From a virus (lineage: Duplodnaviria; Caudoviricetes): a stretch of DNA of 64,000 nt. The DNA is taken from positions 11,041 to 75,040 of IMG/VR virus record IMGVR_UViG_3300005673_000057. One strand, given 5' to 3'. Position numbers and translations under genes: made by a program. A model generated the notes under the pieces. It saw nothing but the letters and a program-made list of their open reading frames with translations, was not told where the DNA came from and did not search any database. Positions 18,234 through 28,179 of this stretch are shown piece after piece. The stretch's first letter is position 1. The number at the start of each line of letters is the position of its first letter.

Positions 18234-18457
18234 TGGCAGCATCGTTATCCGATCTATACACGGCGTTTCAGAATGGTGTGCAGGCGTTGCGTGCCATTAA
18301 CACGACATTGGGCAACATATTCCCGGAGGTGACTGCCAACAGTACGGTAGCAGCTACGGCTGGCACCATTACTTTCACTTCGTCGCAGGCTCTTGGGTTT
18401 ATGCTTGTCGAGTTGAGTTCTGGTACTACGGTCAAAGTCCCGTACTATTCGGAATGA
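18233..18457 (+). CDS. Small virion protein
   Basis: TAATG coupling; ends KVPYY as in fibre-associated proteins. Confidence 0.5.
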   Translation: MAASLSDLYTAFQNGVQALRAINTTLGNIFPEVTANSTVAATAGTITFTSSQALGFMLVELSSGTTVKVPYYSE

Positions 18458-18461
18458 TGCC

Positions 18462-20345
18462 ATGCCATTGATCAAGTCTGGATCGAAAAAGGCGGTATCG
18501 TCCAATATCCGGCAATTAAAAAGTGAAAAATATCCACAGAAGCAGGCGATAGCAATCGCGCTCGATGTAGCTCGGCGCGCTCGCCGCAAGGCAGGTGGCG
18601 GTGCGGTTGATGAACTTGTGCCGCCGCCACGCACGCCAACGCAGATGCCGGAGGAGTGGAATGAGGCTGTGCGCAGTGCCGCTGGCCGCATCGCCAATAC
18701 ACTTGCAGCGCCGGGTCGCGCCATGCAGGGTGGCTATTCTGTCAAGCCAACTGTGCCTGGATTATGGAGCGAGGAGGACGAATTTAGGCAGCAACATGCC
18801 CAACGTCAGCAAGCTGAGGATGCTGCCGCCCTTGCGCTGGATGTGGCGCAAGCCCGCTTCCCATTTGCCAAGTCTGGTGAGTCAGGTGTCTTTGGCGGGA
18901 AGCTGAAGCAGCCGGGTATTAAGGCTTACCACGGCAGCCCGCATGACTTCGACCGCTTCGACATGAGCAAGATCGGCACGGGGGAGGGCGCGCAGGCATA
19001 CGGACATGGGCTGTATTTTGCGGAGAATCCCAAGGTTGCCGGTGAATACCGCTCTAGGCTCGCTCCCGGTGTCGAGATGCAGGTCGGCGGCCAGCCGTTT
19101 AATGCTGATGATCCGGTCCATCTAGCGTCGTCATACCTGCATATGTTTGAGAGGCGAGGGAAATCGAGAGAGGATATTGCCCGCATTCTTCGAGAAGAAA
19201 CGCCGTATAGCACAGGCGCGCACGAACAGGCGGCGCAGCTTATTCTCGGCGGCAAGGAACTCCCGAAATACGGGCAGCGTGAAGCCGGCCGCATGTACGA
19301 GGTCAACATCAACGCCCATCCCGATCAGTTCATTGACTGGGATGCGCCGCTCTCAAAGCAACCGAAGCTCGAACAGACCATGCGCCGCATTGGCGCTGAT
19401 CCGACAGGCCCAGGCTTTGAAGGTCCACTAACCGGCGCGGAAGGCTATCGCGCACTGCAAAACAAATACTTCCTCGACCAGATCGCCGGGCGCGGAACCA
19501 ACATCCACCCCGACGAGGTGAACGCTATCGGCACTCAGGCTGTCGGCAAGATGGCGCAAGAGGGCATCCCCGGCATCAAGTACCTAGACCAAGGCTCCCG
19601 CAATATCGGGGCAAATCCGGCCTATGCCGAACGGCTCCAATCCCAGTTGGATGAGGCGTTAAAAGCTGGGAACAGCAAAAAAGCCAGCTTGATTCAGGAC
19701 GAACTAAATTCCTTGCGGACGAAGGAAACGCGCAACTACGTCGTGTTCGACGACAAGCTAATTGATATACTGAGGAAATATGGGGTTGCATCAGTCGCTG
19801 CGCTCCCGCCTGCCGTACAGGCGTCTTTAGGGCTACTACAGGAGGGGGAAGTGAAAAAGGCAGATGGTGGCGCTGCGATGCGGCGCACAATGCAATATGC
19901 CAAGGGCGGCGCTCCACGGGTGCCCGGCCCTAGCTTCTTCCAGAGGGATGCCAATCGTGCTCTGTCGCGTCAAAGTGGCCTTATCAAGTCGGTGGTGCCG
20001 GGCAGGACTGACAAGCACCCCATGCGGGTGGCCAGTGGCAGTTACGTGATTCCGGCCGATGTGGTTAGCCATCTGGGGCAGAATAACACGCTTGCGGGTG
20101 CGAAGTTCCTGAAGCGCAAGTTTGGTGGCGGTGGCGCTATCCAGTTTGCCAATGGCGGCGAGGTGCCGGTTCCGGTGGATATCATAGCCGCAGGTGGTGA
20201 ATTCGTGCTCAGTCCTGAGCAGGTAGCTGCGGTCGGTAAGGGGGACTTAAAGAAGGGGCATAACGCACTGGATAAGATGGTTCTGGATACCAGAAAGCAT
20301 CATATCAAGACGTTGCGTAAATTGGCTCCTCCCAAGAGGTCTTAA
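18462..20345 (+). CDS. Putative internal virion/ejection protein with ADP-ribosyltransferase-like (polyvalent-protein) domain
   Basis: AYHGSPHDFDRFDMSKIGTGEGAQAYGHGLYFAE...GIPGIKYLD...NYVVFDD; N-terminal MPLIKSGSKKAVSSNI module; C-terminal GSYVIPADVV and GGEFVLS repeats. Confidence 0.6.
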   Translation: MPLIKSGSKKAVSSNIRQLKSEKYPQKQAIAIALDVARRARRKAGGGAVDELVPPPRTPTQMPEEWNEAVRSAAGRIANTLAAPGRAMQGGYSVKPTVPGLWSEEDEFRQQHAQRQQAEDAAALALDVAQARFPFAKSGESGVFGGKLKQPGIKAYHGSPHDFDRFDMSKIGTGEGAQAYGHGLYFAENPKVAGEYRSRLAPGVEMQVGGQPFNADDPVHLASSYLHMFERRGKSREDIARILREETPYSTGAHEQAAQLILGGKELPKYGQREAGRMYEVNINAHPDQFIDWDAPLSKQPKLEQTMRRIGADPTGPGFEGPLTGAEGYRALQNKYFLDQIAGRGTNIHPDEVNAIGTQAVGKMAQEGIPGIKYLDQGSRNIGANPAYAERLQSQLDEALKAGNSKKASLIQDELNSLRTKETRNYVVFDDKLIDILRKYGVASVAALPPAVQASLGLLQEGEVKKADGGAAMRRTMQYAKGGAPRVPGPSFFQRDANRALSRQSGLIKSVVPGRTDKHPMRVASGSYVIPADVVSHLGQNNTLAGAKFLKRKFGGGGAIQFANGGEVPVPVDIIAAGGEFVLSPEQVAAVGKGDLKKGHNALDKMVLDTRKHHIKTLRKLAPPKRS

Positions 20346-20863
20346 TGACAACTACACCTTCGATTGTACGCATAGCTGGGCCCTCTGACCGCCGAGAGAT
20401 TTGGCGTCTGTTTTTACAGGGCCATAAAGAGAATGGATTATTTGAACTGGACCCGCATCGCGTTGACTGGTGGATTACCAGAATGGTGCAGCCAGAAACC
20501 ATTCCGCCATGGGACACGGGGCCACGCGGCACGATAGGGGTTATTGGGCAGGTGGGGAACCTGGAGGCTCTGGCATTTCTGACCATTGGGGGCTTCTGGT
20601 ACTCCAGCACGAGGCATTTGGAGGAAATGATCGTGTACGTGGACCCAGAATGCCGAAAGTCTGGTCATTCAAAGGCTCTTATTGAGTGGATGAAGCAACA
20701 GAGCGTAGAAACAGGATTGCCACTATTAACTGGCATCATTTCTACTACTAGAACAGAGGCTAAATGTAGGCTATACGGAAGGCTGTTACCGAAGGTGGGC
20801 GAGTTCTTTTTCTTTAATGGCAAGGGCAGCGTACTGGGGTCTAGTGTAGCTATTACAGCCTAG
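20345..20863 (+). CDS. GNAT-family acetyltransferase in the ejection module
   Basis: IVYVDPECRKSGHSKALIEWMK acetyl-CoA-binding motif A. Confidence 0.7.
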   Translation: MTTTPSIVRIAGPSDRREIWRLFLQGHKENGLFELDPHRVDWWITRMVQPETIPPWDTGPRGTIGVIGQVGNLEALAFLTIGGFWYSSTRHLEEMIVYVDPECRKSGHSKALIEWMKQQSVETGLPLLTGIISTTRTEAKCRLYGRLLPKVGEFFFFNGKGSVLGSSVAITA

Positions 20864-20882
20864 AGGGGGCGAGCGGGGTCAG

Positions 20883-23525
20883 TTGGGGTCAAAAGGCAGC
20901 AATACCACAAAGGAGACGCAGAGCTATCAGGCTGATCCGCGTGCAGCAGCCTATGCTCAGTGGTTGTCTGGTCAGGCTCAGACCCTCCCCGGCCAAGGGG
21001 CTGTTCCACTTCAGGGGGTAGAGGGATTTTCTCCTGACCAGTTGGCAGCCTTTCAGGGTGTCCGTAATGTGCAGGGCACCTATAATCCATATGCCCAAAG
21101 GGCCGAGGCCCTGAATGCGGAATATGGGCGTGGCCTCGATTTTGATCGGGTGCAAGATTATTACAATCAGCTTTCGGCTGGTCCGCTTGCTCAACTTCAA
21201 AACCAGCAACGCGCCCAGATGGCGCAGACTACGCGCAATGCTGTCCAGCAGGCCGGGGGCACTGGGGCCAGCCGTATTGGTGTTACGCAGGCCAATCTAG
21301 CGAATCAGCAGAATCTTGCGACCGGAGCCCTGCAATCTGGGTTGCTTGGTCAGTCAGTAGGGGCCTTCCAGAACGATCTGGCTATGAAGGGCGCTGCGGC
21401 GGCTCAGGAAGCCAATCTTGGCATGGGGCATACCGCCCAGAATTATAATGACCTAGGCCAGCTTTATGGCATCGGCTCTGCTCAGCAAGGGCTTGGTCAG
21501 TCCAGACTCAATGCGCTGTATCAGCAGGGCATGGGTCAGTACCAAAATCCCTATCAGAATCTTCAGTATCAGGGCGGCATCCTTTCTGGTCTTGGCAACA
21601 TATTCAAGGGTACCGAGACCACGACCAAGGAGGTGCCAGAGGCAAGTCCTTGGGGCACGTTATTGGGTGCGGCTGGTGCTGGTCTAGGGGCCTACTTTGG
21701 TGGGCCAGCCGGTAGTGCCGCGCTCGGCAGCTTATTCGGTGGTGGCAGCAAGGGGAGTGGCGGGGGCTACGGCAATTCTCGTGGTGACTGGAACCCGAAT
21801 GTGCCGGGTGGTCGCTATGCTGTTGGCGGCGCTGTGAATCCATTTGGCGGCGGTCCACGTAGCGATCTCTTTAACCAGATGGTCAAGGAGTATTTCCCGA
21901 AGAACAACTCGATGGTCAATCCCTCTGGCATTGGGGCTGGCAATCCATTCGGGCAGATGGTGCCGGGGCAGCCTGCCTTTGCGAATGGGGGTAAGGTCCC
22001 TCATGGCTATGCTACTGATGGTGCAGTAGTAGACGACTTCGACACTCGCTTTGGCGATATTCCAGCACCAGACTTGTATGATCCTGGCGTAGCGGCAAAT
22101 CGCAATGCTTTGCGAGACGCTGGCTATAACAGCCCATATCGCATGGAGCCGATGTCAGAGGGTGACGACGCCGCGCCGCCACTTCCGCAGGCTCGGCCAC
22201 CCTTTGAGATGTTTCCAAATCGGAATCCATTACGGAGAGAAGCACCGGCTGGTGAGGAGCAGTATGCGGAAGGAAGCGGAGATGCAACACCTGCTGGTGG
22301 TAGCCAGCTTCCGCCCATGCCAGATACTGGATTCCAGGCACCAGAGCGCAATCCATGGGGCGCTGTCATTAATGCGGTTGGTGCGGCCCTTGGTCAGCAT
22401 GGTAAGCGTGGTCCAACTGGACATCTAGATTCTGGCACCGTCTTTGGGCAGGCGGCCCGTGCGGCTGGTGCCGGTCTTGATGCTGGCATGAAGACCCATG
22501 CGGCCGGACGTGAGGAAGACCGCAAAAATTACGAGATGAAGCTTGCTGGCGAGCGTCTTGCAGAGCAGGCCGCAATGGCGCGTCTGCCTTATGTGGAAAT
22601 GACTGAGGCTCAGAGACAGGAGCGTGGCTTTAAGGAGCGTGAGCTTGCGTTAAAGGAGGCAACCCCAGTACCATTTGGTAGGAATATCTGGGGTCAGCCG
22701 ATTTACGCTATTCGCGATCCCAAGACCAAGCAGATGCTGGATACTACGACCGGAAAGCCGGTCGATATGTCTCAGTTGGATGATAGTGAAGAGGCTCTTC
22801 GGCCAATGGCGACCGCTATCGCCAATTATGAAATGGCTCCACTCTCCCCGTACAAGGCGGCTACGCCTGTTGGTGCCAAGATTGCATCCATGATCAAGGG
22901 TATCAATCCAACTTGGGACTCCAAGCACTACTCGGAGGCGCAGAAGACTATTAACTCATTTGCCACTGGCGTTGAGGGTCGCACTGCCCGTTCGATGAAC
23001 GTCGCTATCGACCACTTGACCTTGGCGGATGAACTCGGAAAAGCGCTGCAAAATGGCGACATTCAAGCCATTAACGCTGTGCGTAATGCGTGGCGTACTC
23101 AGACTGGCCAAGAGGCCCCCACTAACTTTGAGGCCGTGAAGTCGATTGTGGGCGGCGAAGTGGCCAAGGCTGTTATTGGTTCGCAATATGCCCTGCAAGA
23201 TCGCGAAGAGCTTCGTGCTCAATTGAAGGCGGCCAGCAGCCCGGCTCAGTTGGCTGGCGTTATTGCCAACTACAAGCGACTGATGGCTGGTCAGCTAATT
23301 GGTTTGGAAAAGCAGTATCAAGCCGGAACGCGGATGAATAACTTCCGCGACAAATATCTGACTCCAGAAGCTCGCAAAGAATTGGATGGAATGAGCACGG
23401 CAGAGCGTTCTCATGTCACTCTGCCGCCAGAAGCTCAAAAGATGCTCAAGGAGGGGCAGGTAACTACATTCGGTAATGGCCAGAAATGGACTCTCAAGAA
23501 CGGTAAGCCTGAGAGGGTGCAATAA
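20883..23525 (+). CDS. DNA ejection/transfer protein (TTG start)
   Basis: 880 aa; Gln/Gly/Ala-rich N-terminus (MGSKGSNTTKETQ), GAAGAGLG membrane-like segment, helical C-terminal domain. Confidence 0.6.
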   Translation: MGSKGSNTTKETQSYQADPRAAAYAQWLSGQAQTLPGQGAVPLQGVEGFSPDQLAAFQGVRNVQGTYNPYAQRAEALNAEYGRGLDFDRVQDYYNQLSAGPLAQLQNQQRAQMAQTTRNAVQQAGGTGASRIGVTQANLANQQNLATGALQSGLLGQSVGAFQNDLAMKGAAAAQEANLGMGHTAQNYNDLGQLYGIGSAQQGLGQSRLNALYQQGMGQYQNPYQNLQYQGGILSGLGNIFKGTETTTKEVPEASPWGTLLGAAGAGLGAYFGGPAGSAALGSLFGGGSKGSGGGYGNSRGDWNPNVPGGRYAVGGAVNPFGGGPRSDLFNQMVKEYFPKNNSMVNPSGIGAGNPFGQMVPGQPAFANGGKVPHGYATDGAVVDDFDTRFGDIPAPDLYDPGVAANRNALRDAGYNSPYRMEPMSEGDDAAPPLPQARPPFEMFPNRNPLRREAPAGEEQYAEGSGDATPAGGSQLPPMPDTGFQAPERNPWGAVINAVGAALGQHGKRGPTGHLDSGTVFGQAARAAGAGLDAGMKTHAAGREEDRKNYEMKLAGERLAEQAAMARLPYVEMTEAQRQERGFKERELALKEATPVPFGRNIWGQPIYAIRDPKTKQMLDTTTGKPVDMSQLDDSEEALRPMATAIANYEMAPLSPYKAATPVGAKIASMIKGINPTWDSKHYSEAQKTINSFATGVEGRTARSMNVAIDHLTLADELGKALQNGDIQAINAVRNAWRTQTGQEAPTNFEAVKSIVGGEVAKAVIGSQYALQDREELRAQLKAASSPAQLAGVIANYKRLMAGQLIGLEKQYQAGTRMNNFRDKYLTPEARKELDGMSTAERSHVTLPPEAQKMLKEGQVTTFGNGQKWTLKNGKPERVQ

Positions 23526-25531
23526 TGGCCGACTGGGATGTCGTGAGCACAAAGCCGATTGGCGAATGGGATGTTGTAAGTGATGCGCCAGAGACTAAGG
23601 CGGATGCTCCCGCTGTAGGGCTTACTGACCGGCTCAAGTCATTTGGATCACACATGCTCAATAAGGCCCCCATGGGTGGCTATGGGGCGCGGGTGCTTGC
23701 TCAAGTGCCACTTGGCGTAGCTCGTGAAGCCATTGATATGGTGAAGGGCGCTGCCCCGGCCATGCTCGCTGAAGCGCAGGCCATGAACCCAAATATGAAG
23801 TTGTCCCAGCAGGACAACTCACTGTTTGGGGAAGATGCCGGGACTGAGGCGCTACGCCCTGAAGTCTATGAAAAGCAGGGAGAACAATTCAAAAAGGATG
23901 TTGGCATAGAAGGCGCGATGACGCCGCGAAATTTGCCAGAAAAGATGGCATCTGCGGCTGGTAAGGCATTGCCATGGGCCCCTCTTGGGGCTGGCCCAGA
24001 GGGTGTGTTGCCGATGGCGGCCATTCAGATGGCCAGCGGCGCATCTGGTGAGGCAGTGCATGAAACATTTCCTGAGCTTGGCCCATGGGGTCGAGTTCTA
24101 GGCTCAGTTGTCGGGGCCTTGGGTGCAGATAAAGTAGCCAATGTGCTGATGCGCGGAACGAGGCCACAGGAATTTGGTATCCCGCTGACCAAGGGTCAAA
24201 GGATGCTATCTGAGGAGCATCCTAGAGCGCCGTCACAAGTTGCACTGGAGGAGGATATTCGAAAGGGCGGTAAGGGCTACCCTGCTCAAGTGTTAATGAA
24301 TCGTTTCGACCAGCAACAGCGTCGTGCTGCACAGGATGCCGTGGAAGAGGTCGGAGAAGGTTTGGGTGGTCTTCCGCAGACTGCTGGAGAGGCTGGTCAT
24401 ACCGTTGACGAGGCTCTCAAGGTAGAGGCTCAGCGCCGTCAGGCCATGGGCTCAAAGCATTATGAGAGCGCTGCCGCTAGAGAAGCCACAGTCCATCCAG
24501 AAGCTGTAGAGGCTCTGCCACTTAGGACGCAGTTGGCACTAGAGAGTGATGGTTTTAGGCTTTCTGATATGAACAATATATCGCATCCGCAGTCCTTGCG
24601 GATGCTTGGCATTATCGAAAGATACAGCAATAGTGGCAAGGATATTTCTACTCGGTCTATGGAGGCAATACGCAAGCAATTCGTGAAGATTTTTCCAAAC
24701 ACGCGAACGGAAGATGGTCTCGCGGCCAAGATCATCAAGGACTCGTATGATGAATGGGAGCATGGCGTTGTCGTCAATAAGTTGATAGCTGGCGATCCCA
24801 AAGCACTGGATGATCTTGTGCAGGCTCGTGGCTATTGGAGACAATATAAGGACATGACCGGGCGCACCAAGGGTGCGGATGCAGTCATTGCTAAAATAGT
24901 AAATGGTGAAAAGACTCCTGAGGAAGTAGCCAATCTTGTTATTGGGGCATCTTCTGCTGGCGGTGGTAGCATGGCTTCGGCTGTAATCCAGCGCATTAAG
25001 AGCATTCTGGGTCCTGATAGCGATGCTATCAAGTCTTTACGTCAGGCAGTTTTCGACAAGTTAGTGCATGATAGAGCCAGTGTTCATGAGGTTGCCGAAG
25101 AAACCGCGCGCACTCCTATCCAGATAGCGCGACAGATAAAGAAGTTCCTACATTCTGATAGTAGCGCTCCAGTGGCTCGTGAGCTTTTCTCTGCGGAAGA
25201 GCGTCGGCATCTTAATGATCTGGCAAACGCTCTTGGCCGCACCACGCCTAAACCAGTTAATCCATCAGGTAGTGGTTCTACTGCTGCAAGATTGGCTCTG
25301 CCACTAGCACAGGTATTTGGCGGTCTTGGTATCGGGGCAGCAGGGCACTACTACACAGGTAGCCCATATGCCTATGCGATGGCGGCGGCACCATGGATTC
25401 GCGATGCAAATGCTGTCAGGCAGGTATTAAATGCGACTAGGGATGTTCCAAAGAATGTCATCCCATACCGTCGCGCTGTTGCGCCCGCATTGGCCCGTGA
25501 GGGTTATGAAATGGCTACGGGGGAGGAATAA
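23525..25531 (+). CDS. DNA ejection/transfer protein
   Basis: 668 aa helical; WDVVS repeat at the N-terminus; hydrophobic Gly-rich segments; position before the fibre/lysis genes. Confidence 0.6.
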   Translation: MADWDVVSTKPIGEWDVVSDAPETKADAPAVGLTDRLKSFGSHMLNKAPMGGYGARVLAQVPLGVAREAIDMVKGAAPAMLAEAQAMNPNMKLSQQDNSLFGEDAGTEALRPEVYEKQGEQFKKDVGIEGAMTPRNLPEKMASAAGKALPWAPLGAGPEGVLPMAAIQMASGASGEAVHETFPELGPWGRVLGSVVGALGADKVANVLMRGTRPQEFGIPLTKGQRMLSEEHPRAPSQVALEEDIRKGGKGYPAQVLMNRFDQQQRRAAQDAVEEVGEGLGGLPQTAGEAGHTVDEALKVEAQRRQAMGSKHYESAAAREATVHPEAVEALPLRTQLALESDGFRLSDMNNISHPQSLRMLGIIERYSNSGKDISTRSMEAIRKQFVKIFPNTRTEDGLAAKIIKDSYDEWEHGVVVNKLIAGDPKALDDLVQARGYWRQYKDMTGRTKGADAVIAKIVNGEKTPEEVANLVIGASSAGGGSMASAVIQRIKSILGPDSDAIKSLRQAVFDKLVHDRASVHEVAEETARTPIQIARQIKKFLHSDSSAPVARELFSAEERRHLNDLANALGRTTPKPVNPSGSGSTAARLALPLAQVFGGLGIGAAGHYYTGSPYAYAMAAAPWIRDANAVRQVLNATRDVPKNVIPYRRAVAPALAREGYEMATGEE

Positions 25532-25533
25532 CG

Positions 25534-26520
25534 GTGGCCTCAACATATACCAGCAACTTAGCTGTCGAGAAGCCGGGCTCTGGCGATTATTCCGGTACGT
25601 GGGATACGCCGGTCAATGCCGACTTTGATGTGTTCGACCGCGCATTTGGCACCATTCAGTCGATTGACTTGTCGGGTGGCTCGTTGACGCTTTCGACGGC
25701 TCAGACGCGCTCTGCCATTTTGATGTTCACGGGTGCGTTGCCGTCCAACGTGACGGTCACTGTTCCGGGTCTTAGCTCTGCGCCCGGCACCACGATCAGC
25801 GGCAAGACGTATGTGGTGGAAAATCTCTGCACCAATACGTCGGCGTACACGGTAACCATCCAGACGACGTGCGCCAGCACTGGATCGCGCTGGGTGGTAT
25901 GTGCGCCGCCATACGATCCTACGCAGATCATGATCGAGGGTACTAACTCGTCCAATAATGGGTCCATTCGCTATATTGGACTCGATAGGGTCGGCACCCT
26001 CTGGGATTATGCGGGCTCCAGTGTGCCAAACTGGGTGAGTGGCTGCACGATCCCGCCGTATCTGAATTGCGACGGCACTACGTTTTCGTCAGCAACGTAT
26101 CCGGCGCTGGCGACAATTCTGGGAAGCACTACGCTGCCGGATACGCGGGGCCGCTTCCGTGCCACTCTCAATCAGAGTCAGTCACGCATCACGTCTGGTT
26201 CTTCTACGGGTGGTGTAGACGGTGATACCAACTTTGCTTCTGGTGGGTCACAGACTACAACGCTATCCAGCCAGAACGTGCCTTCTGTGCCGATTACAGA
26301 CCCTGGGCACACGCACGAAACTTCTTCTGGCGCTCGCTTCCTTACCAATGCGTCAACAACTGGGACAGTTGTTTATGATGGCGGCGTAAACGCATTGACG
26401 GGAAGTACCATTACGGGGTCTCGTGTGACGGGTATCACGGCCGGTAGCACGTCGCCGACCAACTTCAGCAACATCCCTCCGGCAGTCATCATAGGTCTTA
26501 CCCTTATCAGGTCAGCATAA
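25534..26520 (+). CDS. Tail fibre / tail-collar domain protein
   Basis: MASTYTSNL..E-PG-GD..GTW N-terminus; YLNCDG..FS...YPALATILG...LPDTRGRF tail-collar motif. Confidence 0.7.
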   Translation: MASTYTSNLAVEKPGSGDYSGTWDTPVNADFDVFDRAFGTIQSIDLSGGSLTLSTAQTRSAILMFTGALPSNVTVTVPGLSSAPGTTISGKTYVVENLCTNTSAYTVTIQTTCASTGSRWVVCAPPYDPTQIMIEGTNSSNNGSIRYIGLDRVGTLWDYAGSSVPNWVSGCTIPPYLNCDGTTFSSATYPALATILGSTTLPDTRGRFRATLNQSQSRITSGSSTGGVDGDTNFASGGSQTTTLSSQNVPSVPITDPGHTHETSSGARFLTNASTTGTVVYDGGVNALTGSTITGSRVTGITAGSTSPTNFSNIPPAVIIGLTLIRSA

Positions 26521-26882
26521 TGCGCTATGCCATTGCGGTGATGCTGTGGCTCTTGATGCCCGCAAGTGCGCAGGAATTACATCACCACGAGGGCATGACT
26601 GAGGCTGTTGACCGTTTCTATAGTTACTGGCTCCAGCCGAATAATGGCAACAGGCGGCATACTGGCTGCTGCAATCGGATTGATTGCTACCCCACTGAGA
26701 CGAAGACGATTGGCGGAAACTGGTGGTTTATGCACCGGGAGACGCGCAGTTGGTTGCCTGTGCCAAGCAACAGGGTAGAGCACCTACAGCCCGATCCGAG
26801 AGAGAGCCCAGACGGGCGGTCCCATGTGTGCGCCCGGCCAGATGGGTATGTTTACTGTTTTGTAGCGGGGACAATGATATGA
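26520..26882 (+). CDS. Secreted Cys-rich small protein
   Basis: Signal peptide (MRYAIAVMLWLLMPASA); CC..DC...HVC...YCF. Confidence 0.6.
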   Translation: MRYAIAVMLWLLMPASAQELHHHEGMTEAVDRFYSYWLQPNNGNRRHTGCCNRIDCYPTETKTIGGNWWFMHRETRSWLPVPSNRVEHLQPDPRESPDGRSHVCARPDGYVYCFVAGTMI

Positions 26883-27109
26883 TCGAATATGTGGTCTTTT
26901 TTGTATTTCTGATCCTACAAGGTGCTCCAAAGCCCCTGACATTCGAGCATAAATTCGATACTCTAGACGAGTGCCTCTTTGAGGTCAGGGAGATTTTGAA
27001 GCGCCCTCCCAACGATGTTACGACCAAGGGGGGTGTGCTACAGGCTGGTTGTGCGATAAAGATGGAGCCAGCGGTGAAGGGGGAAGCTACCGATGGCAAA
27101 CTACCGTAG
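26879..27109 (+). CDS. Small exported protein with two Cys
   Basis: Hydrophobic N-terminus; FDTLDEC...AGC; ATGA coupling. Confidence 0.45.
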   Translation: MIEYVVFFVFLILQGAPKPLTFEHKFDTLDECLFEVREILKRPPNDVTTKGGVLQAGCAIKMEPAVKGEATDGKLP

Positions 27110-28169
27110 TCTGGTCCCTGGGGGCTTTTACTCCTCTCCAGATCATAGGGGTGAAGTCAATCCCTCGATATGGTCCAATAATCCGGGTGCCATTAATGGC
27201 GATGCGGCATGGGTAAAGGGCGAGCCCGGCTTTGTCACGACTGTCAGGATTGGTGGCGGCAACCCCATCGCGGTCTTCGAGACCCCGGAGCAGGGGGTGG
27301 CACTCTGGTACAAGCTGATTCTGCGCTATCGGGCCGCTGGGGTGAAGACGCTTCAGGGCATCGTCAACCGATACGGCGGCGGTCAGGACTATTCACAATA
27401 TGTCAAGTTTGTGGTCAATAAGACCGGATATGCTGCCGGGAAGGAAATCGACCCTAACGACTTGAATGTTATGCTGAATCTGGCCAATGCCATGTTCTGG
27501 TATGAGGCTGGCAAGGAAACGCCGGTTAAGGATGCCCAGATCATCTATGGCTTTCAGTTGGCTCAGGGGGTCAAGCGGCCAACGACCGAGGTCCCGAAGC
27601 CGAAGGACGCTGGCGGTCTATTAGAGACGATTCTGCGCATTTTGGGCTGGCCTTGGAATGGGCCCCTCAAAAAGAAGGAAAACGCGCCAGCGGGCAATTC
27701 TGGGGCTTCTGGGGGCACCCCACCGTGGCTGGCAACCATGCGGGAGATCACCGGGACCAATGAGTACCCCGGCGGTGCGGACAATCCGACTATCCTAGAG
27801 TGGCGAAACTATATCGCGCAGAAATACCCGGAAATGGCCTCATATGTGGCAAATTATACCCATGACAGCATTCCGTGGTGCGGACTGACTGTTGCCTACT
27901 GCATGGCCAAAAATGGTATTCGGCCGGTCTTTGGCTCAGGCGATCTTAATCGCTTCCTGTGGGCCCAGGCATGGATGAAGTTTGGCGTGGCGTGTGAGCC
28001 CAAGTTGGGGGCGGTCATGGTCTTCACCCGGAATGGTGGGGGCCACGTTGCTCTTTATGAGGGTGAGGAAGGCAGCTACTATCTGATTCGTGGTGGGAAC
28101 CAGTCGGATAGTGTAAATGTGACTCGGATGGCCAAGAGCAAGTTTACGGGGGCTCGCTGGCCAGCATAG
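27093..28169 (+). CDS. Two-domain endolysin: lysozyme-like N-terminus plus TIGR02594/NlpC-P60-type C-terminus
   Basis: NNPGAI...FETPEQG...YEAG; PWCGL-V...W..FG...GAV-VF-R-GGGHV..Y-G...GGNQSDSV. Confidence 0.75.
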   Translation: MANYRSLVPGGFYSSPDHRGEVNPSIWSNNPGAINGDAAWVKGEPGFVTTVRIGGGNPIAVFETPEQGVALWYKLILRYRAAGVKTLQGIVNRYGGGQDYSQYVKFVVNKTGYAAGKEIDPNDLNVMLNLANAMFWYEAGKETPVKDAQIIYGFQLAQGVKRPTTEVPKPKDAGGLLETILRILGWPWNGPLKKKENAPAGNSGASGGTPPWLATMREITGTNEYPGGADNPTILEWRNYIAQKYPEMASYVANYTHDSIPWCGLTVAYCMAKNGIRPVFGSGDLNRFLWAQAWMKFGVACEPKLGAVMVFTRNGGGHVALYEGEEGSYYLIRGGNQSDSVNVTRMAKSKFTGARWPA

Positions 28170-28179
28170 GGGGTAGGGG

